Shown: in pieces, positions 8,733-17,661 of the stretch
Layout of the letters: every line of letters starts with the position of its first letter
How positions within the stretch are numbered: the stretch's first letter is position 1
IMG/VR virus record: IMGVR_UViG_2974725113_000001
Location: 23,074 to 87,073 of that record
Strand: one strand, 5' to 3'
Origin: Oliverocinquevirus OLIVR5
Taxonomy: Duplodnaviria > Heunggongvirae > Uroviricota > Caudoviricetes
DNA length: 64,000 bases
Program-made: the position numbers and the translations under genes
Notes under the pieces: model-generated
Databases searched by the model: none
What the model was told of the DNA's origin: nothing
The model's input: only the letters and a program-made list of their open reading frames with translations

Positions 8733-9167
8733 TTACACCTTTCGATTGTACATTGCGATGGTATTCTTCCGGAAAGCTTCGTTCACGGAATTCGCGGTAA
8801 CTCTGATCGTCGGAGTCCAGCCAGAGCTTGCAGAGTCTACCGAATTTTCCATCGTGAACTTGATGTTCGAGCAGAAACCAGTCTTGTAACCAGTCTTGTT
8901 GTTATAGTCAAAGCGAACGAATTCGTCTCCGAAATACATCCTGGAATTCCTAATATTGTCATCTTCCTTGATCGAGAATTCGAACCTGATTTCGCTCTCT
9001 TCGAGAATCATCTTCAGAGTTTCGTCCAGGTCGTTAGAGAACTCCTTCAGATATCCGAGGAAATTGTCGACCTCATAAAAGGAGATATCCATGCCGAAAA
9101 CTTCGACAATGTGCTCCAACGGAATAAGAGAGGTCACATGACCTTTAAAATCCTTGTATTTCATCAT
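8733..9167 (-). CDS. hypothetical protein
   Basis: ORF track with RBS. Confidence 0.75.
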   Translation of the reverse strand: MMKYKDFKGHVTSLIPLEHIVEVFGMDISFYEVDNFLGYLKEFSNDLDETLKMILEESEIRFEFSIKEDDNIRNSRMYFGDEFVRFDYNNKTGYKTGFCSNIKFTMENSVDSASSGWTPTIRVTANSVNEAFRKNTIAMYNRKV

Positions 9168-9176
9168 TTCTTCCTT

Positions 9177-9371
9177 TCAGTCGAGTTCCACGGCATCTAC
9201 AGCCATGGTGATAGTAGGTTCAGAGATGTCTCCTGCACACTGATGACAAATGCTTATCGTTGTGTCAGAGTAGAGTTCGTTCGCCTTCTCCTTGGCCTCT
9301 TCTTCAGAATTTGCTTCGACGCTGAACGAAGCAGTTCCTACTACGGTCATCCAGACTCGATAGGTGTTCAT
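9177..9371 (-). CDS. hypothetical protein
   Basis: YRV.....FSVEANSEEEA motif common in small phage proteins. Confidence 0.7.
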   Translation of the reverse strand: MNTYRVWMTVVGTASFSVEANSEEEAKEKANELYSDTTISICHQCAGDISEPTITMAVDAVELD

Positions 9372-9565
9372 TTCTTCCTCGCTGCTATACCATCACGGAT
9401 AGCTTGTTTCTGGGCTTCAGACATCGGTCCACGCTTCTTGCCTTTGTTCTTCTTTCCCGCCTCGGCAAGCTTTGCTGAAGTGACAGCCTTGTCTGCATCA
9501 GATTTCGCTGCGATCGTGGCAAGGCGTTTCGCGATCGACTCTTGAGAAACTACGCGCTTAGCCAT
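9368..9565 (-). CDS. small basic protein with NUMOD3-like motif
   Basis: KNKGKKRGPMSEAQKQAIRDG; K/R/A-rich. Confidence 0.5.
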   Translation of the reverse strand: MAKRVVSQESIAKRLATIAAKSDADKAVTSAKLAEAGKKNKGKKRGPMSEAQKQAIRDGIAARKK

Positions 9566-9755
9566 TGACAGTCCAAGCCTTACTCACTTCGATCTCGTAG
9601 TGATGATCCTGGAATTCCTTGACGATCAGGTTATACCTTTCGACGATATACTTTTCGTCTTTGATGTGGACCCGAGTCCCGATCGGCGGAAGAATGTTTG
9701 CTACGATCGTATCGATGATGATACCTCCGTATTCGAATTTGATATGCGTTTTCAT
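9558..9755 (-). CDS. hypothetical protein
   Basis: ORF track. Confidence 0.7.
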   Translation of the reverse strand: MKTHIKFEYGGIIIDTIVANILPPIGTRVHIKDEKYIVERYNLIVKEFQDHHYEIEVSKAWTVNG

Positions 9756-9756
9756 T

Positions 9757-10032
9757 TCAGTTCCTCATAAGATTGATGATGGATCGGATGTACACTTCAT
9801 ACGATACATCGTTGTGATAAGTTCCGTAGACAGAAGGACGAGTGGATTTTGAAACGACGACCTTCACCTTGGCGACCATGCCTTCGTAGAATTCGCCTTC
9901 GTCTGTCTCGAATACGATCCAAGACTTATCAGGAGGAAGAAAGAGCATCTCTGCAGAAGCGATCCTCTCTCCTGTGTTGAAATGCTTTATCGTCACGATC
10001 CGCTGCTTGTCGAGGTGGTATGTGTCTGCCAT
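9757..10032 (-). CDS. hypothetical protein
   Basis: ORF track with GAGG RBS. Confidence 0.7.
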   Translation of the reverse strand: MADTYHLDKQRIVTIKHFNTGERIASAEMLFLPPDKSWIVFETDEGEFYEGMVAKVKVVVSKSTRPSVYGTYHNDVSYEVYIRSIINLMRN

Positions 10033-10052
10033 TTTCTTTCCTCTACGAAAAA

Positions 10053-10074
10053 GGAGTCTGCCGAGACAGACTCC
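10053..10074 (-). terminator. hairpin terminator
   Basis: GGAGTCTG-ccgaga-CAGACTCC followed by a T-run on the minus strand. Confidence 0.6.
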
Positions 10075-10099
10075 ATGATTTCTAGTTCCTGTTTGTGAA

Positions 10100-10408
10100 T
10101 TAGAGATACTTCTGGACGAATTCCGAGAAAGTCAAATCGGGATCGATGTCACCCATGATTTCTTCGTAGATGATGTCGACGATTTCCCATTTCCTGGACT
10201 CTTCGAGTTCCACGGTGATCTTGTTCCGGTTCAATGTGAAACCGATTTCGAAACGTTCGAGAATTCCGACGTGTGGCATGAAGTTGTTCGAGTAGAACGA
10301 AATCTCTGTAGCGCTCTTCACGGCTTTGTCATTTGCGGCGATGTTGACGATTGCCTGCTGGAGCTGAGAGAGGTTTTCGGTTTCGACCGTAGCGATTTTC
10401 ACTTGCAT
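10100..10408 (-). CDS. hypothetical protein
   Basis: Start refined to MQVKIA (ACGGAG RBS, downstream of promoter 10447-10475). Confidence 0.7.
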   Translation of the reverse strand: MQVKIATVETENLSQLQQAIVNIAANDKAVKSATEISFYSNNFMPHVGILERFEIGFTLNRNKITVELEESRKWEIVDIIYEEIMGDIDPDLTFSEFVQKYL

Positions 10409-10446
10409 TTGGAAAACTCCGTTTCGATGTTTGTTTCGATAATAGG

Positions 10447-10475
10447 AATCTATCAAGGTTTAAGTGCCTTGTAAA
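10447..10475 (-). promoter_or_regulatory. early promoter
   Basis: TTTACA-aggcacttaaaccttga-TAGATT. Confidence 0.65.
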
Positions 10476-10498
10476 CTCCTATTTTTCGAAATCGGAAT

Positions 10499-11164
10499 TT
10501 ATTTCTTTCCGGCAGGATCGTTTCGAGTTGCCTGGCGATCTTCGTAATACGATCCGAATTGGTCCTTGATCGCGTGATTGATCGAGTTGCCTTTGAGAGC
10601 GTATCGATCTTTCGAGAAAGAGACCTTCACAAAAGTTCGGACACCTTCTTCGACTACAGGAGAAACTCGGTGCAGGACAGTCTGGTCGAGGCACAGAAGA
10701 GTCTTGTTCGGATAATCTCGGATGATGCCAAGATTTTCGCAAACGTGATTCATCTCTTCGAGAGACAGAGAATGATCTGCAGAGAAATCGACGAGCTTCC
10801 CATTGTTATGCCAGAACTGCGTGGGGTTCTTGTCTGACCAGACATAGTTATAATCGTCAGTCATGAAACCATCGCTGTGCCATCCAGGGCGGTTTCCTGG
10901 CGCGCTCTTATTGACGTACATCGTCTTGGCCGTGAGATAGGCGTAGTATTCGTCGAGATACTTGCCATCTCCGACGATGGAAGCGAAGTCGACTTCAGCG
11001 GATGTGATAATAGGAATAAATTGCTGAGCATTGGCTGGAACATGAAGAGTCCACGATCCTGGAACCTTGATCGGGAGATAGAGCCACTGGCACATCTCGT
11101 GGAATTCAAGATCGAGACGCTCAATGACAAATGGCAAAGTGCCGTAAATCTTGTCTGTTCTCAT
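10499..11164 (-). CDS. putative 2OG-Fe(II) oxygenase (jelly-roll) protein
   Basis: RPGWHSDG (HxD), distal VLHRVSP and RTFVKVSF; start MRTDKI. Confidence 0.6.
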   Translation of the reverse strand: MRTDKIYGTLPFVIERLDLEFHEMCQWLYLPIKVPGSWTLHVPANAQQFIPIITSAEVDFASIVGDGKYLDEYYAYLTAKTMYVNKSAPGNRPGWHSDGFMTDDYNYVWSDKNPTQFWHNNGKLVDFSADHSLSLEEMNHVCENLGIIRDYPNKTLLCLDQTVLHRVSPVVEEGVRTFVKVSFSKDRYALKGNSINHAIKDQFGSYYEDRQATRNDPAGKK

Positions 11165-11165
11165 T

Positions 11166-11999
11166 TCAGATTTCCTTCTTGAAGTTAGGATCGATGAAGA
11201 GATAGAGCGCAAGCTCTTGCTGGATGAAGATGGTGCAGTAGCCGAGGTACTTGAGACCTTCGACATCAGGCATATTGCCACCGCACTTGACAGAGTAGAG
11301 TCGGACATCCGTGTCAGGAGCTTCCGTGTCTACGATTGCCCAGAGCCAGAACATGCCGTTCTCAGAGTCGACTCGAATGATTTCGTATCCTTCAGGGAGC
11401 CTCATGTCAATGGTTTCGAGGATTGGGATTTGGTACTTGTAGATGACCTTGCCTTTCGACGATGACATCTTCTTTCCGCGGAGAGCTTCATCCCACTGGT
11501 CCGCTTGTTCCGGAGGAGTTTCCTCGACGATAGGCTCTTCGACGAAAGTGCAGACCACGGTGCTCAAATCGAAAGCCAGGCGATCTTCGTTTCCGAACGC
11601 GTATTTGTCGTATGTGTACGTAATTTTCTTCTTGTTGGAGACACTCTCGAATTTCAGGAAAGCCTCGTCACCTTCGAGATATCCAAAGATCGAGGACTCT
11701 TTGTCCTTCAAAAGACCTTTGAGGATGCAAACTCCGATAAAGCACTCGCCATTTTCTTTCTTCGCAAGATGCAGATCGATCTTAGCCGCCAAGAATTCGG
11801 AGGAATCATGGATGCCTCCTTTGTATTTGCCCTTCTCGTAGATGAAATACGGAATAGAGCTTCGACCTTCAGAAGACACAGGACCGAACTCTGCTCTCGA
11901 TTTATCTTCAGATATAGAGTACGTGAAGTACTTCGGATGATTGCTCTTGAAGACTTCTTCCATCTCGCTTTTCGAAATTTGAACGATTTTCATTTTCAC
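11166..11999 (-). CDS. hypothetical two-domain protein
   Basis: C-terminal VIYKYQIP...LWAIVD domain seen standalone in other phages. Confidence 0.7.
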   Translation of the reverse strand: MKMKIVQISKSEMEEVFKSNHPKYFTYSISEDKSRAEFGPVSSEGRSSIPYFIYEKGKYKGGIHDSSEFLAAKIDLHLAKKENGECFIGVCILKGLLKDKESSIFGYLEGDEAFLKFESVSNKKKITYTYDKYAFGNEDRLAFDLSTVVCTFVEEPIVEETPPEQADQWDEALRGKKMSSSKGKVIYKYQIPILETIDMRLPEGYEIIRVDSENGMFWLWAIVDTEAPDTDVRLYSVKCGGNMPDVEGLKYLGYCTIFIQQELALYLFIDPNFKKEI

Positions 12000-12214
12000 T
12001 CGCTTTGGTTGTCGATGTAAAGGACCGTATAATCTCCATCCGTCACAAAGTCGAACGTGAGATACTTGTTGATGTCATCGTAGAAGGCGATCATATCGAA
12101 GACCGCTTTCTTCGTGACGGAAATGTAGATGACAGAGTTCTTGGCCAGGACGCCGGCACGGATTTCTCCGCGATGAGCCTTGATCTTTTCGACCAGTTCT
12201 TTGTTCTTGTCCAT
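11996..12214 (-). CDS. hypothetical protein
   Basis: ORF track, coupled. Confidence 0.7.
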   Translation of the reverse strand: MDKNKELVEKIKAHRGEIRAGVLAKNSVIYISVTKKAVFDMIAFYDDINKYLTFDFVTDGDYTVLYIDNQSE

Positions 12215-12453
12215 CAGAATTCTCCATTCCTAGGATCGGCGTAGAAGGATGTTCCTACAACGGAAAATCCGAAAGAGGTCGAAACGTGAGAGAATTTCAC
12301 AGCCATTGACTCGAATGTTTCAATACTGACAGGGAGATAATGATCTTGCTCATGGACGTTAACCGTGAGAAAGAATTTACCTTTGAAAGACCTTACGAAA
12401 TCGAGGAAATCCGCATTAGATTTGAATTTCATTTCCATTTCCGTTTTCTCCAA
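12214..12453 (-). CDS. hypothetical protein
   Basis: First ORF after the promoter at 12469-12497. Confidence 0.7.
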   Translation of the reverse strand: MEKTEMEMKFKSNADFLDFVRSFKGKFFLTVNVHEQDHYLPVSIETFESMAVKFSHVSTSFGFSVVGTSFYADPRNGEF

Positions 12454-12468
12454 TTTGATGTTGGATTA

Positions 12469-12537
12469 TCAATAGCACCTAACTTAGACCTTGTAAACAG
12501 CTAAATCCCCTCCAAGGCGAAATTAATCGCCTTGGAA
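12469..12537 (-). promoter_or_regulatory. stem-loop plus early promoter cassette (PeSL-like)
   Basis: TTCCAAGGCGA-loop-TCGCCTTGGA-GGGGATTTAGCTG-TTTACA-N17-TATTGA; 46/47 identical to 63760-63806. Confidence 0.8.
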
Positions 12538-12541
12538 CAAA

Positions 12542-13003
12542 TTAGATAGAAGGAGGACGAGGCTTATTTGAAGCTACAGCGAATAGCTTCTTGTGATGAT
12601 CCGAAAGCCTGCTGATGACTTCGAGAACTTTCGGAGTATGATAATCTGCTCCCTGGATTTCAACTGAAGCGAAGACAAGAGGAATACCGTTCTCGAGAGC
12701 ACACTCGATGCCTGCGATCATTCCGCTAGAGACGCCATTCTCTGTGTAAATCCAACACTCGTCCACACGTCTCTGCCGATAGAATTCAAAACCTGCTTCG
12801 ATGCCGAGTTTACGCTCGGAAGGAATATCGTCATCGAGAACACCGTCCTGGGTGTAAAGGAGATGCGAGGCGAATGGAGTGAAACCTGAGAGGAGAACAG
12901 CTTTGACAGCCTTACGAGCGTACTCGATGTTTTCCTCTACGGTTTTGCCGTTCGACGGAGAGAAAGGAGATTCGATTTGGACGATCTTCATTACAGCTCC
13001 CAA
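12542..13003 (-). CDS. DUF4406/nucleoside 2-deoxyribosyltransferase-like protein
   Basis: IESPF...NIEYAR..V......G..PFASHL...DECWIY....S.GM..E-like pattern. Confidence 0.5.
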   Translation of the reverse strand: MGAVMKIVQIESPFSPSNGKTVEENIEYARKAVKAVLLSGFTPFASHLLYTQDGVLDDDIPSERKLGIEAGFEFYRQRRVDECWIYTENGVSSGMIAGIECALENGIPLVFASVEIQGADYHTPKVLEVISRLSDHHKKLFAVASNKPRPPSI

Positions 13004-13413
13004 TCCTGGAAACCTTCAGCGTAGGACGCGATGAAGTAGACCGTGTTCCGCGTCTTCAGGATGTTCTTGAACTTGCCTACGATCTTGGACGTATTAATGA
13101 AATCACCATCGCTGAAACGGTCTTTCGAGTCGGCCTCAATTGTGCCATAAGCGATAGAACCTCGATCGCCGTAAGAGATGAAGGACACGTTGTGGAGAAC
13201 AGCGTCGATCTTCTCTTTTCCTATCTTCACATGAGCGGACAGGTCGTTCAACCGAATGTCATTTGCATGGAGTCTCAGACTTCCTCTCAGATGCAAATCG
13301 CTTGCCGTAGAAACATTTGATCCGTCGATGATATAAACATCAGGGACGAATTCGTTGATGAGTTCCGCAGGAGCGAGTTTCTCTTCTCGAGAGAATGCAT
13401 TTTCCATTTTCAT
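12991..13413 (-). CDS. conserved phage hypothetical protein
   Basis: YGTI..D.K.RF.DG..I.TS.I...KT.N..Y motif. Confidence 0.7.
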   Translation of the reverse strand: MKMENAFSREEKLAPAELINEFVPDVYIIDGSNVSTASDLHLRGSLRLHANDIRLNDLSAHVKIGKEKIDAVLHNVSFISYGDRGSIAYGTIEADSKDRFSDGDFINTSKIVGKFKNILKTRNTVYFIASYAEGFQDWEL

Positions 13414-13883
13414 TTCGTCAGTCCTTCGTATTTCTTGCGGAGCTTCTGGTAAAGCTCACGTTCTGCTTGTTCAGTTTTGCGAGCTTCTTCAGCTTCACGA
13501 GCATCATTCTCCGCATTGATGACCTTGTTCTCATCGCGGATACGAGCGAGTTCGATCTCACGCCATTCGGAGTAATCCATGTCAGCCCATGCAGCAGGGA
13601 AAGTGATGTAGATATCATCGCATCCGCCCTGGTAACTCCATTCGAAGCAAACAGAGATACAGAATTCTCCCTTCTTCCACTTCGGACCTTCCCAGTTGTA
13701 ATAGGAATTGTCTTCGAATTTATCGATAGAGAATCGATCGAAGACGTATTTCTTTTCCATCACGTCGCCATTACGGAACGTGTAGATGATCCGAGCCATT
13801 TCAGCGATGAACTCATCGATCGCATCGCCTTCGGTTTCGTGAGCTTTTACACGATCGACAAATTTCATTTCATGACACTTCAT
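13410..13883 (-). CDS. hypothetical protein
   Basis: First ORF after promoter TTTACA-N17-TAGCAT (-35 at 13937-13942). Confidence 0.75.
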   Translation of the reverse strand: MKCHEMKFVDRVKAHETEGDAIDEFIAEMARIIYTFRNGDVMEKKYVFDRFSIDKFEDNSYYNWEGPKWKKGEFCISVCFEWSYQGGCDDIYITFPAAWADMDYSEWREIELARIRDENKVINAENDAREAEEARKTEQAERELYQKLRKKYEGLTK

Positions 13884-14093
13884 TTTGAGGTTTCCTGGTT
13901 GAAGATGATCTGAATGCTAACACATCCTATTAAGAATGTAAATATCTCTTTCGGATAAATTCTTCGGTATAATAAACTCCGATCCAGCCTTTTTCTTTCA
14001 TGAATTCTACAATGTCATCGACATTCATCTTATAATCCTCTTCGAGATAGGGAGAGCGTGGTGTTCACTCTCCATTGTCTTATTGGTTATCGA

Positions 14094-15380
14094 TCAAGAC
14101 TTCGTGTTGATCTCATCCTTGTCCCATCGGACCTTGATGAAACGACCATGACGAAGCTTGCCACCTTTTCGATTGCCTTTGGCATCGATCTTGACTTCGG
14201 TCCGTTCCATGAACTCGATCTCGACAATAGAACCAATCATGTCGTCACGATCTTCCCAGAACTTCTTGCGTTGTTCGTCAGTGATACCCATGCCGATGTT
14301 GTTGACAATGCCGTCTTCATCGATGACGATCCAGGCACCGAGCATACCTTCATACTTGGAACCAGCGGAACCTTCTTCGTAGCCGATGATTTTGAAGTCA
14401 CCAGACTCGAGAGGTTTCATTTTGAGCCAATCGTCGGTGCGCTTGAAGTTGTACGTGCCGTCACGCTTCTTGAAGATTAGACCTTCTTCACCTTTTGCTC
14501 GTGCATCACGATAAAGAGTGACTGCTTCTTCGTAGGTTTCGCAGAAGAAGTGCTCGAGGATCATGTCTTCCGGGAGACCTACAGCTTCCAGGCGTGCGCG
14601 TCGATCTTCATAACCGAGAGTACAGGTTCGAGTCTCAAGTTCTTCGATGGTGACCATATCAAAGATGGAGAAATCCATCTCTTCTGCACCACCGGATTTC
14701 TTCTTGAAAGACGATAGAGAAGCCTGGAAGTTTTTCCGAGCTCGGACTTCACCGTCGAATGCAAAACCAGGATATTTCTTGAGCTCGATGGTTACGTCTT
14801 CAGAGACGTTGTAGATCGGCAGACCGTTTCGAGAAAGGTAGACGACTTCACCGTCGAGACGAACGATAGCAATGCATCGAATGCCGTCGAGTTTGAACTG
14901 ACCATAGCCAGGACCAGGGAAATCTTTAGGACCTTCCAAGTGATTTGCTGTCTGGAGTTCGAAGTACTTGAATGAACCAGGATGGACCTTGAGATAGGTC
15001 TTGGCGCCGATACCTAGTTTCCAGCGCTTGAACTTGTCAAAAACGCCGTTGACGATGTCGAGCTGCTCTTGAGTCATCTTGTCAGACTCTGCCTTGAGGA
15101 CACGACCTTGCTCCTTCTCGAGAAGCTTGAGGACGCGTGGCCAAGGAATGCCAGGACCGTTGACTTTCTTGTAGATTGTCGATACGCCGAACTTCTGGAA
15201 AGAGTCGAGGGTATGGACCAGGATACGCTTGGCATCCTCAGAAAGATTTTCGATGATAGGGTTCTTGTCGTTGCCTTTCGCATTAGCGATGGCTTCGAAT
15301 TCTGCTTTCAGGCCGAGAGTAAGATGGTGATTGTAAATCACATCGTCTTTGCCGAAAAGGTCTTGATTGAGTTCTGTCAT
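14094..15380 (-). CDS. 30: ATP-dependent DNA ligase (T4 gp30-like)
   Basis: KLDGIRC adenylation motif, FDGEV, EGLIFK, WLKMKP, LRHGRF. Confidence 0.95.
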   Translation of the reverse strand: MTELNQDLFGKDDVIYNHHLTLGLKAEFEAIANAKGNDKNPIIENLSEDAKRILVHTLDSFQKFGVSTIYKKVNGPGIPWPRVLKLLEKEQGRVLKAESDKMTQEQLDIVNGVFDKFKRWKLGIGAKTYLKVHPGSFKYFELQTANHLEGPKDFPGPGYGQFKLDGIRCIAIVRLDGEVVYLSRNGLPIYNVSEDVTIELKKYPGFAFDGEVRARKNFQASLSSFKKKSGGAEEMDFSIFDMVTIEELETRTCTLGYEDRRARLEAVGLPEDMILEHFFCETYEEAVTLYRDARAKGEEGLIFKKRDGTYNFKRTDDWLKMKPLESGDFKIIGYEEGSAGSKYEGMLGAWIVIDEDGIVNNIGMGITDEQRKKFWEDRDDMIGSIVEIEFMERTEVKIDAKGNRKGGKLRHGRFIKVRWDKDEINTKS

Positions 15381-15405
15381 TTCTTTTCCTCTTAATTACT
15401 GAGTC

Positions 15406-15861
15406 CTACAATACCGAAGACTCAACGACTTGTAAACACTCTTCGTAATTTTTCTTCAATTGAGAAAGCCGCCAATGGAGATGAGACTCAAACGATTTAT
15501 GAAAACTTTCCAAATCGTCTCTCCTGATCATGAGGAGGTCTCGATAGGTAATGTCCACGACGCCATCCGCAGTATACTTGGCCATCTCCATCAAAGCATG
15601 AACGTGATCGAATCCGAAAGGAGTCTCCTCGATTTTAGAATCTGGTCCGTTTATGAGGAGATGACGACAAGAGGTGTTATAAAGAGTTTTGAAGTTATCG
15701 GCAAGAAGCCTTCGGAACTTCTGGTCTATCTCACGGAATTCTTCGAGGATAGGGTTAATCCTGTCCAAGAATGTTTTCGTCGCGAAGTAATAAGAGTCGA
15801 GCCTCTCGGTGATGTACCGAGCGCTAATCTTTATCCTGGCGGATGTTACTTCAGACATCAA
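15406..15861 (-). CDS. hypothetical protein
   Basis: ORF track. Confidence 0.7.
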   Translation of the reverse strand: MMSEVTSARIKISARYITERLDSYYFATKTFLDRINPILEEFREIDQKFRRLLADNFKTLYNTSCRHLLINGPDSKIEETPFGFDHVHALMEMAKYTADGVVDITYRDLLMIRRDDLESFHKSFESHLHWRLSQLKKNYEECLQVVESSVL

Positions 15862-16060
15862 TCCATCTTTCCAAGGTGACCTTCAGATTCTCGTCAAGGG
15901 AATACTTTCCTTTGCAGAAACCGTTCTGAATTTCATTTCTGACGTCTTCGGATTTGAATCCTCGATCTTTTGCTAGTTCGAGGATCGTAGCCGTCCGGAG
16001 AGAGCCGTGCCGGAGATAATATGCGAGGAATTCAGATGGAGTTTTAGGGAACTCACTCAC
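15851..16060 (-). CDS. hypothetical protein, possible winged-helix
   Basis: Short helical ORF ending GKYSLDENLKV. Confidence 0.6.
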   Translation of the reverse strand: MSEFPKTPSEFLAYYLRHGSLRTATILELAKDRGFKSEDVRNEIQNGFCKGKYSLDENLKVTLERWIDV

Positions 16061-16355
16061 TCTTTTGATCCTCGATAGCTTTCGCGATCTTCTGAGCGAG
16101 ACGAACGAGGTAAGCTCCGGTCAGGAGTTCGACAAGCTCTCCGTCGAAAAGATCAGGAACATCATAGTTCTTCTTGACCATTTCTTCTACGGAGATTTCC
16201 GTGCCTAGCTTAGTGCTTTCAGAACCCTTTTTGAAAGAAATTTCTTCTCGGAGGACTGCTCCGATAATGTTTTCGATTTCGGACTTCTGTTCGAAGATGA
16301 TGTCGCGAGCTTCACGACGATAACCGTTGAGAAGATTTGTAAGAGCGTCACTCAT
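16053..16355 (-). CDS. hypothetical protein
   Basis: Start refined to MSDALT with GGAG RBS. Confidence 0.65.
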   Translation of the reverse strand: MSDALTNLLNGYRREARDIIFEQKSEIENIIGAVLREEISFKKGSESTKLGTEISVEEMVKKNYDVPDLFDGELVELLTGAYLVRLAQKIAKAIEDQKSE

Positions 16356-16668
16356 GATTAGACTCCTTAACGATTGATTGGGTGATCTTCCAGTTGGCCT
16401 TCTCCATTTCGAAATAGTAGAAAGCGTTGTGGATGGTGTCCGCAAGACCTGGATAAGAACGATAAAGACCGAAAGCGTCCTTATCCTTTCTTCCGATCAA
16501 GATAGACGAGTCACTGAAAATGGTGATGTCGATCTCTTCACGACCTTCGGCGGATACCGATACGGCGATTGTCTCGTTCTTGATATTCTTCGAAGTGGCG
16601 ATGAGAGCATCGTAAAGATCGTCTGCGCTCATTTCTACTTCGAGAGGGAGGAATTGGATTTCGGTCAT
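16348..16668 (-). CDS. hypothetical protein
   Basis: ORF track. Confidence 0.7.
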   Translation of the reverse strand: MTEIQFLPLEVEMSADDLYDALIATSKNIKNETIAVSVSAEGREEIDITIFSDSSILIGRKDKDAFGLYRSYPGLADTIHNAFYYFEMEKANWKITQSIVKESNHE

Positions 16669-16670
16669 GA

Positions 16671-16814
16671 TTAACCTACGTAATGAGAGTAAAAGATGAA
16701 GAGGTGATCTGCGACGATACCTGCGAGAGGAGTAGTCAGAGCACCGACGAGGAGAATTGCAGGAATGGAGAGAAACATTGCGATTTCTTTCTTGAGAGAG
16801 TTGGTCGTTTTCAT
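16671..16814 (-). CDS. small membrane protein (47 aa)
   Basis: Hand-translated MKTTNSLKKEIAMFLSIPAILLVGALTTPLAGIVADHLFIFYSHYVG after ACGGAG RBS. Confidence 0.55.
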   Translation of the reverse strand: MKTTNSLKKEIAMFLSIPAILLVGALTTPLAGIVADHLFIFYSHYVG

Positions 16815-16888
16815 TTCGAATTTCTCCGTGATGGTTTATGTTGAGATTAGACTTAAACCATCACGGAGAGCTTGTAAACAGCTAAATT

Positions 16889-17290
16889 CTATTCTTTGTT
16901 TTGACCTTCAACTTTTCGTTTGATGCGGTCTGCCGTTCGAGAATGAAGATGGAAAAGAGCCTTATAGACGTGCGAGAGCGCCAGACCATTTTCTTCACAG
17001 GCAAATGGACCACTCTGGAAAGATGCCAATCGGTCAGCTACGATGGCCAGGAGAGTTTCCTGAGTAATGCCATTGACTTCAGCTTCTAGGACAGGACCGT
17101 TCTGGAAAAGGATGACCTGCTTCGAGAACGAATGACGATATCCGTCAGGACCTTCTACAGAAGGGTTCTCTGCTGTGTCAAAGCCGGTAATCTCGTACCG
17201 ATGATTTGCACCACCTGCACCAGGCTTGTCAGTCACTTCGATTTTGATAGGTTCATCGACAATAACGGAATGGTTATAAATTTCTCTCAT
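16889..17290 (-). CDS. tad1: Tad1-like anti-Thoeris signalling-molecule sponge
   Basis: GAGGANHRYEI...ILFQNGP...NGIT.E.LL.IV.DRL.SFQSGPFAC.EN..AL......L..RT.DR..R.VEG matches the Tad1 pattern as I recall it. Confidence 0.8.
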   Translation of the reverse strand: MREIYNHSVIVDEPIKIEVTDKPGAGGANHRYEITGFDTAENPSVEGPDGYRHSFSKQVILFQNGPVLEAEVNGITQETLLAIVADRLASFQSGPFACEENGLALSHVYKALFHLHSRTADRIKRKVEGQNKE

Positions 17291-17299
17291 TTCTTTCTC

Positions 17300-17659
17300 C
17301 TAATAGATTTCGTCGCAAAGATTAGATAGGAATTTGACCTCGTTTTTATGAGTTGCGAATTTAGATTTAGCTACAGCGTAATTGATTGCAGCGTCGAGGT
17401 CTGTGTAGAAATCCACTACTCCGTCATAACGAATCTTTATCTTGTATTCTCCGTCTGATCCTGACGACTTAGTGAAAGTCAGAGACTCGTCGAACGGATC
17501 GTGAATTATCGTGAAATAAGTCCATCCTTCGAGACGAACTTTGAATTCACGAGTCATCTCCTTGGAAGCCTTCACCTCTTCCATTTTCTGTTCGGCGACG
17601 AACTTCAAGATGTAATCCTTGAGGCGTCCGGAATTGTATAGGCTGTATTCTCTGTCCAT
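17300..17659 (-). CDS. hypothetical protein
   Basis: Start refined to MDREYS with GGAG RBS. Confidence 0.7.
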   Translation of the reverse strand: MDREYSLYNSGRLKDYILKFVAEQKMEEVKASKEMTREFKVRLEGWTYFTIIHDPFDESLTFTKSSGSDGEYKIKIRYDGVVDFYTDLDAAINYAVAKSKFATHKNEVKFLSNLCDEIY

Positions 17660-17661
17660 GT

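Noticed and set aside
11166-11999. Read-through fusion of two genes (internal MSSSKGKV start)
   Set aside because: Plausible, but it cannot be distinguished from a normal two-domain protein without homologues, and interest is low.
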